Position numbers and translations under genes: made by a program. From positions 4,978-68,977 of IMG/VR virus record IMGVR_UViG_2846178487_000001: a stretch of 64,000 bases of DNA; one strand, written 5' to 3'. Below the pieces are notes generated by a model. The model was not told the origin of the DNA. It worked only from the letters and a program-made list of their open reading frames with translations, and made no database searches. Origin of the DNA: a virus (taxonomy: Duplodnaviria; Caudoviricetes). Below, piece after piece: positions 9,372 through 19,653 of this stretch (position 1 is the first letter of the stretch; each line of letters opens with the position of its first letter).

Positions 9372-11808
9372 GTACATAGAAAACAATCTGGTGTTCAATC
9401 ATGACGGTGAGTGCTTTGCCTACTATGAGCTGACACCTTACAATTATTCGTTCCTGTCACCAGAAGAAAAATACATGGTGCATGACAACTTCCGTCAGCT
9501 TATCGCCCAGAACCGTGACGGAAAAATCCATGCCCTACAGATTGCCACAGAGGACAGCCTGCGTGCAGTACAGGAGCGTTCCAAAAAGGGAATCACAGGC
9601 AGATTAAAAGAGATTGCCTGTAAAAAGGTAGATGAACAGACAGAAGCGTTGGTTGAGATGATTGGTGAAAATCAGATTGACTACCGCTTTTTTCTTGGCT
9701 TCAAGCTGCTGGTAAATGAGGAAGAAATCAGCTTCAAGGGTATGCGAAAATCAGCAGCTATGACCTTTGCGGATTTTATCTATGAAGTCAATCACAAGCT
9801 GATGGGTGACTTCGTTTCCATGAGTAATGATGAAATCAACCGTTTCCTAAAGATGGAAAAACTCTTGGAAAGCAAAATCTCACGCCGCTTTCAGTTCCGC
9901 AGACTAGATAAGAACGACTTCGGCTACCTCTTGGAACATATCTACGGGAATATCGGCGTTGCCTACAGTGATTACAGTTATGACCTCCCGATAAGAAAGT
10001 CAAAGCGTGAAACACTGGTGAAGCGATATGACCTTATCCGTCCGACACGCTGCATGATTGAAGAAAACCAGCGATACCTAAAGATTGAGCGTGAAGATCA
10101 GACAACTTTTGTTGCCTACTTCACGATTAACAATATCGTGGGTGAGCTGGATTTTCCGTCAAGCGAGATATTTTATTATCAGCAACAGCAATTCACGTTC
10201 CCCGTTTCCACTTCTATGAATGTGGAAATCGTCACCAACAAAAAGGCTCTGACGACTGTTAGGAACAAAAAGAAAGAGCTGAAAGACTTGGATAATCATG
10301 CTTGGGAATCCAACAACGAAACAGGAAATAACGTCATTGAAGCTCTGGATTCAGTCAATGAGCTGGAAACGAACTTAGACCAGTCCAAAGAATCCATGTA
10401 TAAGCTGTCCTACGTTATCCGTGTGGCGGCTAATACTCTGGAAGAACTGAAACGCCGCTGTGATGAAGTCAAGGACTTCTACGACGATTTGAATGTGAAG
10501 CTGGTACGCCCATTCGGTGATATGTTGGGGTTGCATGGTGAGTTTATCCCGTCCAGCAAAAGATATATCAATGATTATATCCAATACGTCACTTCTGACT
10601 TTCTGGCTGGACTTGGATTCGGTGCGACACAGCAGCTTGGGGAAACGGACGGTATCTATATCGGCTATAACCTTGATACAGGAAAAAATGTATATCTGAA
10701 ACCCAGCCTTGCGGCACAGGGCGTTAAGGGTTCCGTCACCAATGCGTTAGCTGCCGCTTTTCTTGGTTCTCTTGGCGGTGGCAAGTCATTTTGTAACAAC
10801 CTTATCATCTATTATGCGGTGCTGTTTGGAGGAAAAGCGGTCATTGTAGACCCTAAATCAGAGCGTGGCAACTGGCAGGAAACACTACCCGACATTGCAC
10901 ATGAAATCAAAATCGTCAACCTTACCAGCGAGAATAAGAACAAAGGACTTCTTGACCCTTATGTGATTATGAAGCGTACAAAAGACGCTGAAAGCCTTGC
11001 GATTGATATTTTAACATTCCTTACAGGTATTTCTTCCCGTGACGGTGAGAAGTTCCCTGTATTAAGGCGTGCAATCCGTTCTGTTACCCAGAGCAAAAAA
11101 AGAGGACTGCTCCGTGTCATTGATGAACTCCGCAAAGATGGTTCACTCGTGGCAGAGAATATCGCAGACCATATTGAGAGCATGACGGACTATGATTTTG
11201 CACACCTGTTATTCTCGGACGGTGATGTGGAACAATCCATCAGTTTAGACCGACAGCTTAACATCATACAGGTGGCTGACCTTGTATTGCCAGACAAGGA
11301 CACAAAATTTGAAGAATATACCACAATGGAGCTGCTTTCCGTGGCAATGCTTATCGTTATCAGTACCTTTGCCTTAGATTTTATCCATTCGGATAGGAGC
11401 ATTTTCAAGATGGTGGATTTGGACGAAGCGTGGACGTTCTTGCAGGTAGCACAGGGAAAAGCACTCTCTAACAAGCTGATTCGTGCTGGTCGTTCCATGA
11501 ATGCTGCTGTGTACTTTGTGACACAAAACTCTTGTGATGTGGACGACGAAAAGATGAAGAACAATATCGGCTTGAAGTTTGCCTTTCGTAGCACAGATAT
11601 AAAAGAAATCAAAAATACCCTTGAATTTTTCGGTGTGGATAAGGAGGACGAGGTCAACCAGAAACGACTTAGGGATTTGGAAAACGGACAATGCCTGTTT
11701 CAAGATTTGTATGGGCGTGTGGGCGTTATCCAGATTCACCCTGTATTCTCTGACCTGTTCCATGCCTTTGATACCAGACCGCCAGTACAGACAGAAGAAA
11801 CGAGGTGA
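9358..11808 (+). CDS. VirB4-like conjugation ATPase (Orf16/TcpF)
   Basis: Walker A GSLGGGKS, DPKSERG, DLDEAW. Confidence 0.93.
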   Translation: MFPIKYIENNLVFNHDGECFAYYELTPYNYSFLSPEEKYMVHDNFRQLIAQNRDGKIHALQIATEDSLRAVQERSKKGITGRLKEIACKKVDEQTEALVEMIGENQIDYRFFLGFKLLVNEEEISFKGMRKSAAMTFADFIYEVNHKLMGDFVSMSNDEINRFLKMEKLLESKISRRFQFRRLDKNDFGYLLEHIYGNIGVAYSDYSYDLPIRKSKRETLVKRYDLIRPTRCMIEENQRYLKIEREDQTTFVAYFTINNIVGELDFPSSEIFYYQQQQFTFPVSTSMNVEIVTNKKALTTVRNKKKELKDLDNHAWESNNETGNNVIEALDSVNELETNLDQSKESMYKLSYVIRVAANTLEELKRRCDEVKDFYDDLNVKLVRPFGDMLGLHGEFIPSSKRYINDYIQYVTSDFLAGLGFGATQQLGETDGIYIGYNLDTGKNVYLKPSLAAQGVKGSVTNALAAAFLGSLGGGKSFCNNLIIYYAVLFGGKAVIVDPKSERGNWQETLPDIAHEIKIVNLTSENKNKGLLDPYVIMKRTKDAESLAIDILTFLTGISSRDGEKFPVLRRAIRSVTQSKKRGLLRVIDELRKDGSLVAENIADHIESMTDYDFAHLLFSDGDVEQSISLDRQLNIIQVADLVLPDKDTKFEEYTTMELLSVAMLIVISTFALDFIHSDRSIFKMVDLDEAWTFLQVAQGKALSNKLIRAGRSMNAAVYFVTQNSCDVDDEKMKNNIGLKFAFRSTDIKEIKNTLEFFGVDKEDEVNQKRLRDLENGQCLFQDLYGRVGVIQIHPVFSDLFHAFDTRPPVQTEETR

Positions 11809-13943
11809 AGCCTATGAGAAAACGAAAAATCCTACGATTCTTCGGTATCGCTCTGTGTGTGATTCTCGGCGTGCTGATGATTTTATCCATCACAGGAACG
11901 GTGACTTATGCGGCTGGACTGGTGGATAATACGGTGAGCGACAGCAACGCCTACTCTAAATATCCCCTAGAGAATTATCAGCTTGATTTCTATGTGGATT
12001 CAAGTTGGGATTGGCTACCGTGGAACTGGCTTGATGGAATTGGGAAAAGTATTCAGTATGGCTTGTACGCTATCACAAATTTTGTCTGGACGGTGAGCCT
12101 TTATATCTCCAATGCGACAGGCTATGTAGTACAGGAAGCCTATAAGCTGGACTTTATCTCTGATACTGCAAGCTCTATCGGAAAGAACATTCAGACATTA
12201 GCTGGTGTGACTTCCAATGGCTTTTCCAGTGAGGGATTTTATGTAGGATTCCTGCTTATCCTCATTCTGGTAATGGGAATCTATGTGGCATACACAGGAC
12301 TGTTAAAAAGAGAAACCACAAAAGCCATTCATGCGGTTATCAACTTTCTTGTGGTATTTATTCTGTCAGCGTCCTTTATTGCCTATGCCCCAAACTATAT
12401 CAGCAAAATCAATGACTTTTCCGCAGATATAAGCAGCTCGGCATTATCGCTCGGTACAAAAATCGTGCTGCCCGATTCCAACAGCAAAGGAAAAGACAGC
12501 GTAGATTTAATAAGAGACAGCCTGTTTTCCATACAGGTGAAACAACCGTGGCTGCTTTTACAGTACGGGGAATCGGATATAGAAACGCTCGATTCTGAGC
12601 GTGTGGAAAGCCTGTTATCGGAAAGTCCAGACACGGACGACAGAGAGGACGTTGTGATTGAGGAAATCGAGGATAAGGACAATGACTATTTGAGCGTCAC
12701 AAAGACCATGACCCGTTTAGGTATGGTAGTGTTCCTGTTTATCTTCAATATTGGTATCTCGGCATTTGTCTTTCTGCTTACCGGCATGATGATTTTCTCG
12801 CAGGTGCTATTCATCATTTACGCCATGTTCCTGCCGATTAGTTTTATCCTCTCCATGATACCGACTTATGAGGGCATGGCAAAAAAGGCTCTTACGAAGC
12901 TGTTCAATACCATTATGATGAGAGCCGGAATCACACTGATTATTACCACAGCCTTTAGTATCTCGACTATGTTTTATTCCATTTCCTCCGGCTATCCGTT
13001 TTTCATGGTGGCATTTCTACAGATAGTCACCTTTGCCGGAATCTATTTTAAATTAGGTGACTTGATGGCAATGTTCAGCCTGCAATCTTCCGATACACAG
13101 CAAGTCAGCAGACGAATCATGCGACACCCGTATATGTTCCTCAACCGCAGGGCAAGACGCTTGGAGCGTAAAATCGGTAGGACAATGGCGGCTGGTGCTG
13201 CTGGCGGTGTAGCTGGTGCTGCTGCGGCTTCTGCTTCTACGAAAAAGGCAGACAATACCAAACAGACAGGTAATACGCATACCAGAGCAAATCACAATAC
13301 TTCTGCTTCTTCCAGTGGAGGTAACAGCAAGCCGCCAGCTCTGCCGGATTCCAAATCACAGAAGCCGCTTGCATTGCCGGATAAGAAAAGTCAGACGGAT
13401 TCCTCACAGACCGTACATAGTTCACAAAGCAATACACAGGAATCACAGTCTACCTCAAAGCGTGGAATTGTGGATAAAAAATCGGTATCGAAACAGCCGC
13501 AGTCAGACAAAAAGAATCCGCAGCGTCCGATTGTGGATAAGGAGCGACAAAGCAACGGATCAGCGACAAAGAGAGCTGCCCCGGTGCATGAGCGACCAGC
13601 CACAACGCCTGTTCCTGTAAAATCGGATTCACAGGCGTCAGCTTTAAAGCCGGAGCAGAAAGTCAAAGAGCGTCCTGTCACAGTGACAAAGGAGCAGCCG
13701 CAATCAAGCAAGAGTAAAGAGCCCGTGACAAAATCACAGGAGAATGTAAGAACACAGGTTGTCAGAGAATCCCGTCCGGCAGATAAACAGACTTCATCAG
13801 CAGTAAATAAACATTCACAAGCTACCACAGATATTTCAAGGCAAACGGTACAACGTCAGAAGCAGACAAAGACGGTTCAGAAAAAGACCACAAATCAATC
13901 AACAATGAAGAAATCTACCAGTAAGAAAGGCGGCAAGAAATGA
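11805..13943 (+). CDS. Orf15-like polytopic membrane protein (VirB6-like) with long polar C-tail
   Basis: YPLENYQLDFYVD, QPWLLLQYG, multiple TM segments. Confidence 0.88.
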   Translation: MKPMRKRKILRFFGIALCVILGVLMILSITGTVTYAAGLVDNTVSDSNAYSKYPLENYQLDFYVDSSWDWLPWNWLDGIGKSIQYGLYAITNFVWTVSLYISNATGYVVQEAYKLDFISDTASSIGKNIQTLAGVTSNGFSSEGFYVGFLLILILVMGIYVAYTGLLKRETTKAIHAVINFLVVFILSASFIAYAPNYISKINDFSADISSSALSLGTKIVLPDSNSKGKDSVDLIRDSLFSIQVKQPWLLLQYGESDIETLDSERVESLLSESPDTDDREDVVIEEIEDKDNDYLSVTKTMTRLGMVVFLFIFNIGISAFVFLLTGMMIFSQVLFIIYAMFLPISFILSMIPTYEGMAKKALTKLFNTIMMRAGITLIITTAFSISTMFYSISSGYPFFMVAFLQIVTFAGIYFKLGDLMAMFSLQSSDTQQVSRRIMRHPYMFLNRRARRLERKIGRTMAAGAAGGVAGAAAASASTKKADNTKQTGNTHTRANHNTSASSSGGNSKPPALPDSKSQKPLALPDKKSQTDSSQTVHSSQSNTQESQSTSKRGIVDKKSVSKQPQSDKKNPQRPIVDKERQSNGSATKRAAPVHERPATTPVPVKSDSQASALKPEQKVKERPVTVTKEQPQSSKSKEPVTKSQENVRTQVVRESRPADKQTSSAVNKHSQATTDISRQTVQRQKQTKTVQKKTTNQSTMKKSTSKKGGKK

Positions 13944-14944
13944 AGTTAAGGCATTTTGCTGTGTTCGGTGGGATTTTCACAGTGATTATCTGTCTGCTTC
14001 TGTTCCTGTTTATCGTGACCGCAGATGATGAAGAAAGCGGCTCTTCCAGCTTGGATTTTTCTGGACTGAACCTGTCAGCAGAAGTCTTGAAACATCAGCC
14101 TACGGTAGAAAAATACGCAAAGGAATACGGGATTTCTGACTATGTGAATTACCTGCTTGCGATTATGCAGGTGGAATCCGGCGGCACTGGCACGACAGAC
14201 GTTATGCAAGCCAGTGAATCACTTGGTCTACCGCTTAATTCCTTGTCTGTGGAGGATTCCATCAAACAAGGGTGTAAATACTTCTCGGAGCTTTTGAAAT
14301 CCGCAGAAGCGAAAGGCTGTGACATCAATACAGTGGTACAGTCCTATAACTATGGCGGCGGCTTCATTGATTACGTTTCCAGTCATGGGAAAAAGTACAC
14401 CTTTGAGTTGGCGGTCAGTTTCGCAAAGGACAAGTCCGGCGGTGTCAAAGTCACCTATAAGAATGAGATTGCCATAAAAGAAAATGGCGGCTGGCGTTAC
14501 AAGTACGGGAATATGTTCTATGTGAAATTAGTCAGTCAGTATTTGGCTGTGCCTAGTTTCAGTGACGCTACCGCACAGGCAATCTTCAATGAAGCGTTGA
14601 AGTATCAAGGCTGGAAATATGTGTATGGCGGCAGCAATCCCAACACTAGCTTTGACTGTTCTGGTCTTACGTCTTGGTGCTATGGAAAAGCTGGTATCAG
14701 CTTACCTCGTACCGCACAGGCACAGTATGACGCTACACAGCACATACCGCTGTCACAGGCAAAGGCTGGTGACTTGGTGTTCTTCCATTCAACCTATAAC
14801 GCTGGAACATACGTCACTCATGTAGGAATCTATGCTGGAAACAACAGAATGTATCATGCTGGCGACCCTATCGGATATGCAGATTTAACAAGCTTGTACT
14901 GGCAGCAACACTTGATTGGTGCCGGACGAGTGAAAACCAATTAG
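13940..14944 (+). CDS. Bifunctional lysozyme-like/NlpC-P60 hydrolase (Orf14)
   Basis: LAIMQVESGG, DVMQASES, SYNYG; FDCSGLT, HVGIY. Confidence 0.93.
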   Translation: MKLRHFAVFGGIFTVIICLLLFLFIVTADDEESGSSSLDFSGLNLSAEVLKHQPTVEKYAKEYGISDYVNYLLAIMQVESGGTGTTDVMQASESLGLPLNSLSVEDSIKQGCKYFSELLKSAEAKGCDINTVVQSYNYGGGFIDYVSSHGKKYTFELAVSFAKDKSGGVKVTYKNEIAIKENGGWRYKYGNMFYVKLVSQYLAVPSFSDATAQAIFNEALKYQGWKYVYGGSNPNTSFDCSGLTSWCYGKAGISLPRTAQAQYDATQHIPLSQAKAGDLVFFHSTYNAGTYVTHVGIYAGNNRMYHAGDPIGYADLTSLYWQQHLIGAGRVKTN

Positions 14945-14958
14945 AAAGGAATGGTGCT

Positions 14959-15864
14959 ATGCTATTTAAGAAAAAGGATAAGGAATCAAAACCAAAAAAG
15001 GAAAAGAAAGTGCCTGTGATGAAAGTTGGCACGCATAAGAAAACCGTGATTGCCTTATGGCTGGTGCTGATTGCCAGTGTCAGCTTTGGGGTGTATAAGA
15101 ATTTCACCGCCATTGATATGCACACGGTACATGAGAAAGAAGTCATTGAGCAGCGTATTGTTGATACCAACAAGATAGAGAATTTCGTCAAGGCATTTGC
15201 GAAGTCCTACTATTCTTGGAGCAACACGCAGGAATCCATTGAGAAACGAACCGCAGCCATCAACCAATATCTGACAAAGAGCTTACAGGATTTGAATGTT
15301 GATACCGTCCGTATGGATATACCTACAAGCTCTACGGTAACAGACGTTAAGATTTGGGAGGTTGAAGCGGCTGGAATGAACGACTTTACCGTTGTCTACT
15401 CGGTAGATCAAACGGTAACGGAGGGAGAAACTACTATCGGCTACACTTCCGCTTATATGGTGGTAGTTCATGTAGATGGTGACGGAAATCTGGTTATTAC
15501 ACAGAATCCGACCATCAGCAGCATACCAACAAAATCCGGCTATGAACCAAAAACAAAAGAATCGGACGGAACAGTGGACGCTGCCACTACGGAGGAAGTT
15601 ACAGAGTTCTTGGAAACATTCTTCAAGCTATACCCTACCGCAACAGAAAAGGAGCTTGCCTACTATGTATCGGGGAATGTGCTGGAACCTGTGAATTGTG
15701 AGTATGTGTTCTCGGAGCTGGTAAATCCTATCTTTACACAAGATGGTGAACAGGTGAAAGTGTCCGTATCAGTGAAATATCTCGACCAGAGGACAAAGGC
15801 AACACAGATTTCACAGTTTGATTTGACACTGGAAAAAGATAGTAACTGGAAGATTGTAAAATAA
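14959..15864 (+). CDS. Orf13/TcpC-like (VirB8-like) protein
   Basis: SVSFGVYKNFTAID, FLETFFKLYP. Confidence 0.9.
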   Translation: MLFKKKDKESKPKKEKKVPVMKVGTHKKTVIALWLVLIASVSFGVYKNFTAIDMHTVHEKEVIEQRIVDTNKIENFVKAFAKSYYSWSNTQESIEKRTAAINQYLTKSLQDLNVDTVRMDIPTSSTVTDVKIWEVEAAGMNDFTVVYSVDQTVTEGETTIGYTSAYMVVVHVDGDGNLVITQNPTISSIPTKSGYEPKTKESDGTVDAATTEEVTEFLETFFKLYPTATEKELAYYVSGNVLEPVNCEYVFSELVNPIFTQDGEQVKVSVSVKYLDQRTKATQISQFDLTLEKDSNWKIVK

Positions 15865-16009
15865 TGAAGATGGGGAATGGACATTAAAAACCGTTCCCCT
15901 TTAATCATTTTCATTCACGTTTAATTTTTTTAACTGCTATTGCTTATTGTGCTACAAAAAATGCCATTCTTAATTTGGAAGATTAGTTCCAGAAAAATTT
16001 GAAAGAATA

Positions 16010-16057
16010 TTGACATATAAGTGATGTGTGTATATAATGTGCATGTATAAACATCAC
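16010..16057 (+). promoter_or_regulatory. sigma-A promoter overlapped by YtrA-type operator
   Basis: TTGACA(16010)-17-TATAAT(16033); inverted repeat gtgatgtgtgta-N13-tataaacatcac (16021-16057). Confidence 0.8.
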
Positions 16058-16076
16058 ACTAAAGGAGGAAAGATAT

Positions 16077-16454
16077 TTGAAGATAGTAATATCTAATACA
16101 TCTGAAAATCCTCTTTACCAGCAAATCAAAGACCAAATAAAAGACGCTATCTTAAGAGAGGAATTAGTGGAGGGCGACGCCCTTCCGTCTATCCGTTCCT
16201 TTGCAAATGATTTAAAAGTCAGCGTCCTAACAATACGGAGGGTATATGATGAATTGGAAAAAGAGGGATTTATTACAAGTCAAGTCGGTATCGGGACTTT
16301 TGTTTCTACAAGTAATATTGAATTATTAAGGGAGTCCAAACGGCGACTTGTAGAGAAAAAAATGCTTGATATGATACAGACAGCTAAATCACTAAATATC
16401 AGCAAAGAGGAATTAAATGCCATGATGGACATTCTATACGAGGAGGAAAACTGA
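16077..16454 (+). CDS. GntR-family (YtrA subfamily) repressor
   Basis: PLYQQIKDQIK, LPSIRSFANDLKVSVLTIRRVYDELEKEG, GIGTFV; TTG start. Confidence 0.92.
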   Translation: MKIVISNTSENPLYQQIKDQIKDAILREELVEGDALPSIRSFANDLKVSVLTIRRVYDELEKEGFITSQVGIGTFVSTSNIELLRESKRRLVEKKMLDMIQTAKSLNISKEELNAMMDILYEEEN

Positions 16455-17324
16455 ATGGACAATATTTTAGAAGTATCTGGAATCAATAAAAGTTACGATG
16501 ATTTTTCCTTGAAGGACATCTCATTCTATTTACCAGAGGGATGTATCACTGGATTTGTGGGAATTAACGGGGCAGGTAAGACAACCACTATACGAAGTAT
16601 TTTAGGGCTTACCAACAATGTATCGGGGAAAATAAATTTTTTTGGTATGGACATAAAGGGAAATGAAAGCGAAATAAAAGACCGTATCGGTATTGTGCTT
16701 GATGATGGTTGTTTTTATGATGAATTAACCATTTCAGAAATGAAAAGCATCATAGCACCTGCCTATAAAAACTGGTGTGAACAAGATTTTATTGATTACT
16801 TAGAACGTTTCGAGCTTAACCCAAAGCAAAAAATCAATACACTGTCGAAAGGTATGCGTATGAAATATGCTTTGGCATTAGCTCTTTCACATAAAGCGGA
16901 GCTACTTATTATGGACGAACCGACAAGCGGACTTGACCCACTGGTACGAAGCCAGCTTTTGGATATATTAAAAGATTATATGAACAAAGATGGAAAAGGT
17001 GTATTTTTTTCTACGCATATTACCTCTGATTTAGACAAAATTGCAGATATGCTGATTATGATTGATAGTGGGCAGATTGTTTTTCAAGAAGAAAAAGACC
17101 AGTTGCTTGACAGCTATCGAATTATAAAAGGAAGTGCAGAGAAACTGAATTCAGATACACGAAAGATGTTTCTTTGCACAGAAGAAAGTGCATTTAATTT
17201 TACGGGAATTACAAAACAGGCTTCTGTTGTTATGGAATGTATGCAGGATGTTCTTATAGAACGACCAACGATTGAAGACATTATGCTTGCGAATGTGGAA
17301 AGGAGAAAAAAGAATGTTATTTAG
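16455..17324 (+). CDS. ABC transporter ATP-binding protein
   Basis: GINGAGKTT, LSKGM, IMDEPTSGLDP, STH. Confidence 0.95.
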   Translation: MDNILEVSGINKSYDDFSLKDISFYLPEGCITGFVGINGAGKTTTIRSILGLTNNVSGKINFFGMDIKGNESEIKDRIGIVLDDGCFYDELTISEMKSIIAPAYKNWCEQDFIDYLERFELNPKQKINTLSKGMRMKYALALALSHKAELLIMDEPTSGLDPLVRSQLLDILKDYMNKDGKGVFFSTHITSDLDKIADMLIMIDSGQIVFQEEKDQLLDSYRIIKGSAEKLNSDTRKMFLCTEESAFNFTGITKQASVVMECMQDVLIERPTIEDIMLANVERRKKNVI

Positions 17325-17955
17325 CTTAGTAAAAAAAGATTTTCTAATTGTAAAGAAATATGTGGGTATTATGCTTATTGTATCCTTTTTAATTCCGCCT
17401 ATTATGCTTTGGCGTACACCTGAAGCGGCTGGAGCTATGGGTTTCACACTTACTATTATTTTCAGTATTTTCATGTTGACACAATATGTTTCCTTAAAGG
17501 AACATCAATATCCGAACGCAGCTACTCTGCTTTGTGCAACGCCATATCCCCGTAGGCTGATTGTACTTTCAAAATATTTATTTTGTCTGGTTATTTATGT
17601 GGTATGCTGTTTGATTTTTGGAATTGACACACTTATTTTTCCGAAACTGGGAACGTTTGATATTAGGATGGCGGTTATCATTTTTTTTACGGTCACTGTA
17701 TTTTTATCTGTTTATTTTCCTGCTTTATATAAACTGGGATATGAAAAAACAAAATTTGTCTTTGTCTTAGTTATTATGGCATCCCCTATTTTGTTTGCAG
17801 CTCTGTTTAAACCAGAAAATAAGATAAAGTTTGATTTCTTAAATACGGTTTCCACAACAATGCTCATTATTTTTGGTATTGTAATTAGTCTTATCATTTT
17901 TTCAATATCCGCTATTCTGTCAATTAAGTTTTTTGAAAAGAGCGATTTGGCATAG
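17314..17955 (+). CDS. ABC-2-type permease
   Basis: Six hydrophobic segments; LVKKDF start; overlaps ATPase stop. Confidence 0.88.
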   Translation: MLFSLVKKDFLIVKKYVGIMLIVSFLIPPIMLWRTPEAAGAMGFTLTIIFSIFMLTQYVSLKEHQYPNAATLLCATPYPRRLIVLSKYLFCLVIYVVCCLIFGIDTLIFPKLGTFDIRMAVIIFFTVTVFLSVYFPALYKLGYEKTKFVFVLVIMASPILFAALFKPENKIKFDFLNTVSTTMLIIFGIVISLIIFSISAILSIKFFEKSDLA

Positions 17956-17965
17956 GAGGTATCGT

Positions 17966-18352
17966 ATGGAACATGATGTAATTATTTTGTATTTGATAGC
18001 AGGAGTATCGGTTACTTTCGTCTTGTTTAATTGTATTTTGTTTGCCTTGAAACATGGAAAGACAATGAAAACAGATGGAATAATTGTTTCAATAAAGTCT
18101 ACAAACCCGACAAACGAAAAATGGCGTAATGCAAAACTGGCAGAGGTTTCCTATCTGGTAACTGGCAAGCGGATTGTGTCAAAAAATCGCATACAGGTTT
18201 CTCTTGCCTCCGAGATAGGAACGCATATTCCTATCCGATATGACCGAAACCAGCCAGACAAAATATACAGTTATTCAGTAAAACGAATTATTATAGGATT
18301 TTTAATTGGTGTAGGTAGCATACTTATAGCTGTGTTTATGCAAATTCATTAG
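17966..18352 (+). CDS. DUF3592-like membrane protein
   Basis: TM - beta-rich domain (IGTHIPIRYDRNQP) - TM. Confidence 0.65.
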   Translation: MEHDVIILYLIAGVSVTFVLFNCILFALKHGKTMKTDGIIVSIKSTNPTNEKWRNAKLAEVSYLVTGKRIVSKNRIQVSLASEIGTHIPIRYDRNQPDKIYSYSVKRIIIGFLIGVGSILIAVFMQIH

Positions 18353-18370
18353 AGAAAGGGGATATAGGAT

Positions 18371-18463
18371 ATGCCACATTTTCCAGAATGGTTTATAGTC
18401 ATTTGTGTGTTGTTCCCTATTGCCAACTTGATTTATAAGGCATGGAAAAACAGAAAGAAATAG
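18371..18463 (+). CDS. 30-aa hydrophobic peptide (not in ORF track)
   Basis: MPHFPEWFIVICVLFPIANLIYKAWKNRKK; gaaagggg upstream; fills gap in operon. Confidence 0.5.
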   Translation: MPHFPEWFIVICVLFPIANLIYKAWKNRKK

Positions 18464-18476
18464 CAAAGTGGAGGTA

Positions 18477-18668
18477 ATGATGAAAAAAACGGAATGGATA
18501 CGCTGCCCTGTTTGTGGCAACAAAACCCGTGACAGAATTAGAGAAGATACGGTTTTAAAAAATTACCCGCTCTATTGTCCGAAATGTAAACAGGAAGCCT
18601 TAATAGAAGCCAAAAATCTACAAATAATAGTAATCAAAGAGCCAGACGCACAGACGCAGAGCCGATAA
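18477..18668 (+). CDS. Cysteine-rich KTR zinc-ribbon protein (Tn916 Orf6-like position)
   Basis: WIRCPVCGNKTR...PLYCPKCKQE...EPDAQTQSR. Confidence 0.9.
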   Translation: MMKKTEWIRCPVCGNKTRDRIREDTVLKNYPLYCPKCKQEALIEAKNLQIIVIKEPDAQTQSR

Positions 18669-18710
18669 CACCGAGAATAGTTTTATCTTGGGTTATCGGC
18701 TTATTTTATT
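18660..18710 (+). terminator. Intrinsic terminator whose 5' arm starts in a GAGCC repeat
   Basis: agccgataac(18660-69)/gttatcggct(18692-701) perfect stem, inner ccgaga/tcttgg stem, then tattttatt. Confidence 0.8.
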
Positions 18711-18731
18711 GGAAAGCTAAAAAGCAGAGGG

Positions 18732-19085
18732 TTACTCCTCCACTTCCTTAGACTTGATGATTCCGTCAACAACGCTTTCCATGATAACTAAATCTTTGTC
18801 GGACAGATTATCAAGCTGCTTTTCTAACTGTATTCTTCTGGTGCTTTTCACCAGATCAGAAGCAGGCAAGAAAAAAGCGTCTGTTGATACATTCAATAAA
18901 TGAACAAGGTCATAAAATACTTGTAAACTTGGGTGCTGCCCTTTGTTTTCAATATTCGTCAAATAGCGTGGGTCAATCTCAATCATTGCTCCCACTTGTT
19001 CACGGGTAAGACCTTGTTTCATGCGAGCTTCTTTGATTGCAAGACCAAAGGCTCTAAAATCATACTTATCTTCTTTTTTACGCAT
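18732..19085 (-). CDS. XRE-family repressor (Orf9-like)
   Basis: [29 protein letters not shown]. Confidence 0.9.
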   Translation of the reverse strand: MRKKEDKYDFRAFGLAIKEARMKQGLTREQVGAMIEIDPRYLTNIENKGQHPSLQVFYDLVHLLNVSTDAFFLPASDLVKSTRRIQLEKQLDNLSDKDLVIMESVVDGIIKSKEVEE

Positions 19086-19653
19086 ATGTAATCACCTCAT
19101 TACATTTTACTGTTCCTGTTGATTTTCTAACAGGTATAGAAAAACGCATAGTATGGTTTGTAAGTTCCTATCTGCGTAAAAGGAACATTAAAAAAGTGCT
19201 GCATTGCGGTAAATAAAAAAAACCGCTATTGTCAGTAGCATTTTTGCATGTTAAAAATTTTCTTTGTTTAGATGGCGGTTGACAAGCCGCCTTTTTTTCA
19301 TCCCCGAAAAACAGTATATAGGTTTGGGGTTAGCGGCTTTAGGAGGTAGCCGCATTGAGAAACCTACATAATCGACAATCTTTGATATATCCGATATTGT
19401 CAAAAAAATCTTAGCCTTTAAAGCGGTACAATATACCCTTAAATATGGTTTTTCACATTACATAGCAGGAACAACTATAAAAGCACAAGAACAGCATTCA
19501 TTTTATGCTCTTGTGCTTTTTTGCTGCTTAAAAAAATTTTTTGACTTTTTTCTGATTTGGGTTACAAATCGCCCCTCCGTGTTGAGTGTTAGTGCGGAAA
19601 GAGGTAAAAAGCCTTTTCGCTTTAGCAACGTCAACTTGAAAGGAGGTGAGATT

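Noticed and set aside
13200-13940. Novel domain in the Orf15 C-terminal tail
   Set aside because: Low-complexity S/Q/K/T region usual for this family; no repeat unit or motif found
15865-18470. Tetracycline or other named resistance gene at the tetM slot
   Set aside because: Only GntR/ABC/membrane genes; substrate cannot be assigned from sequence
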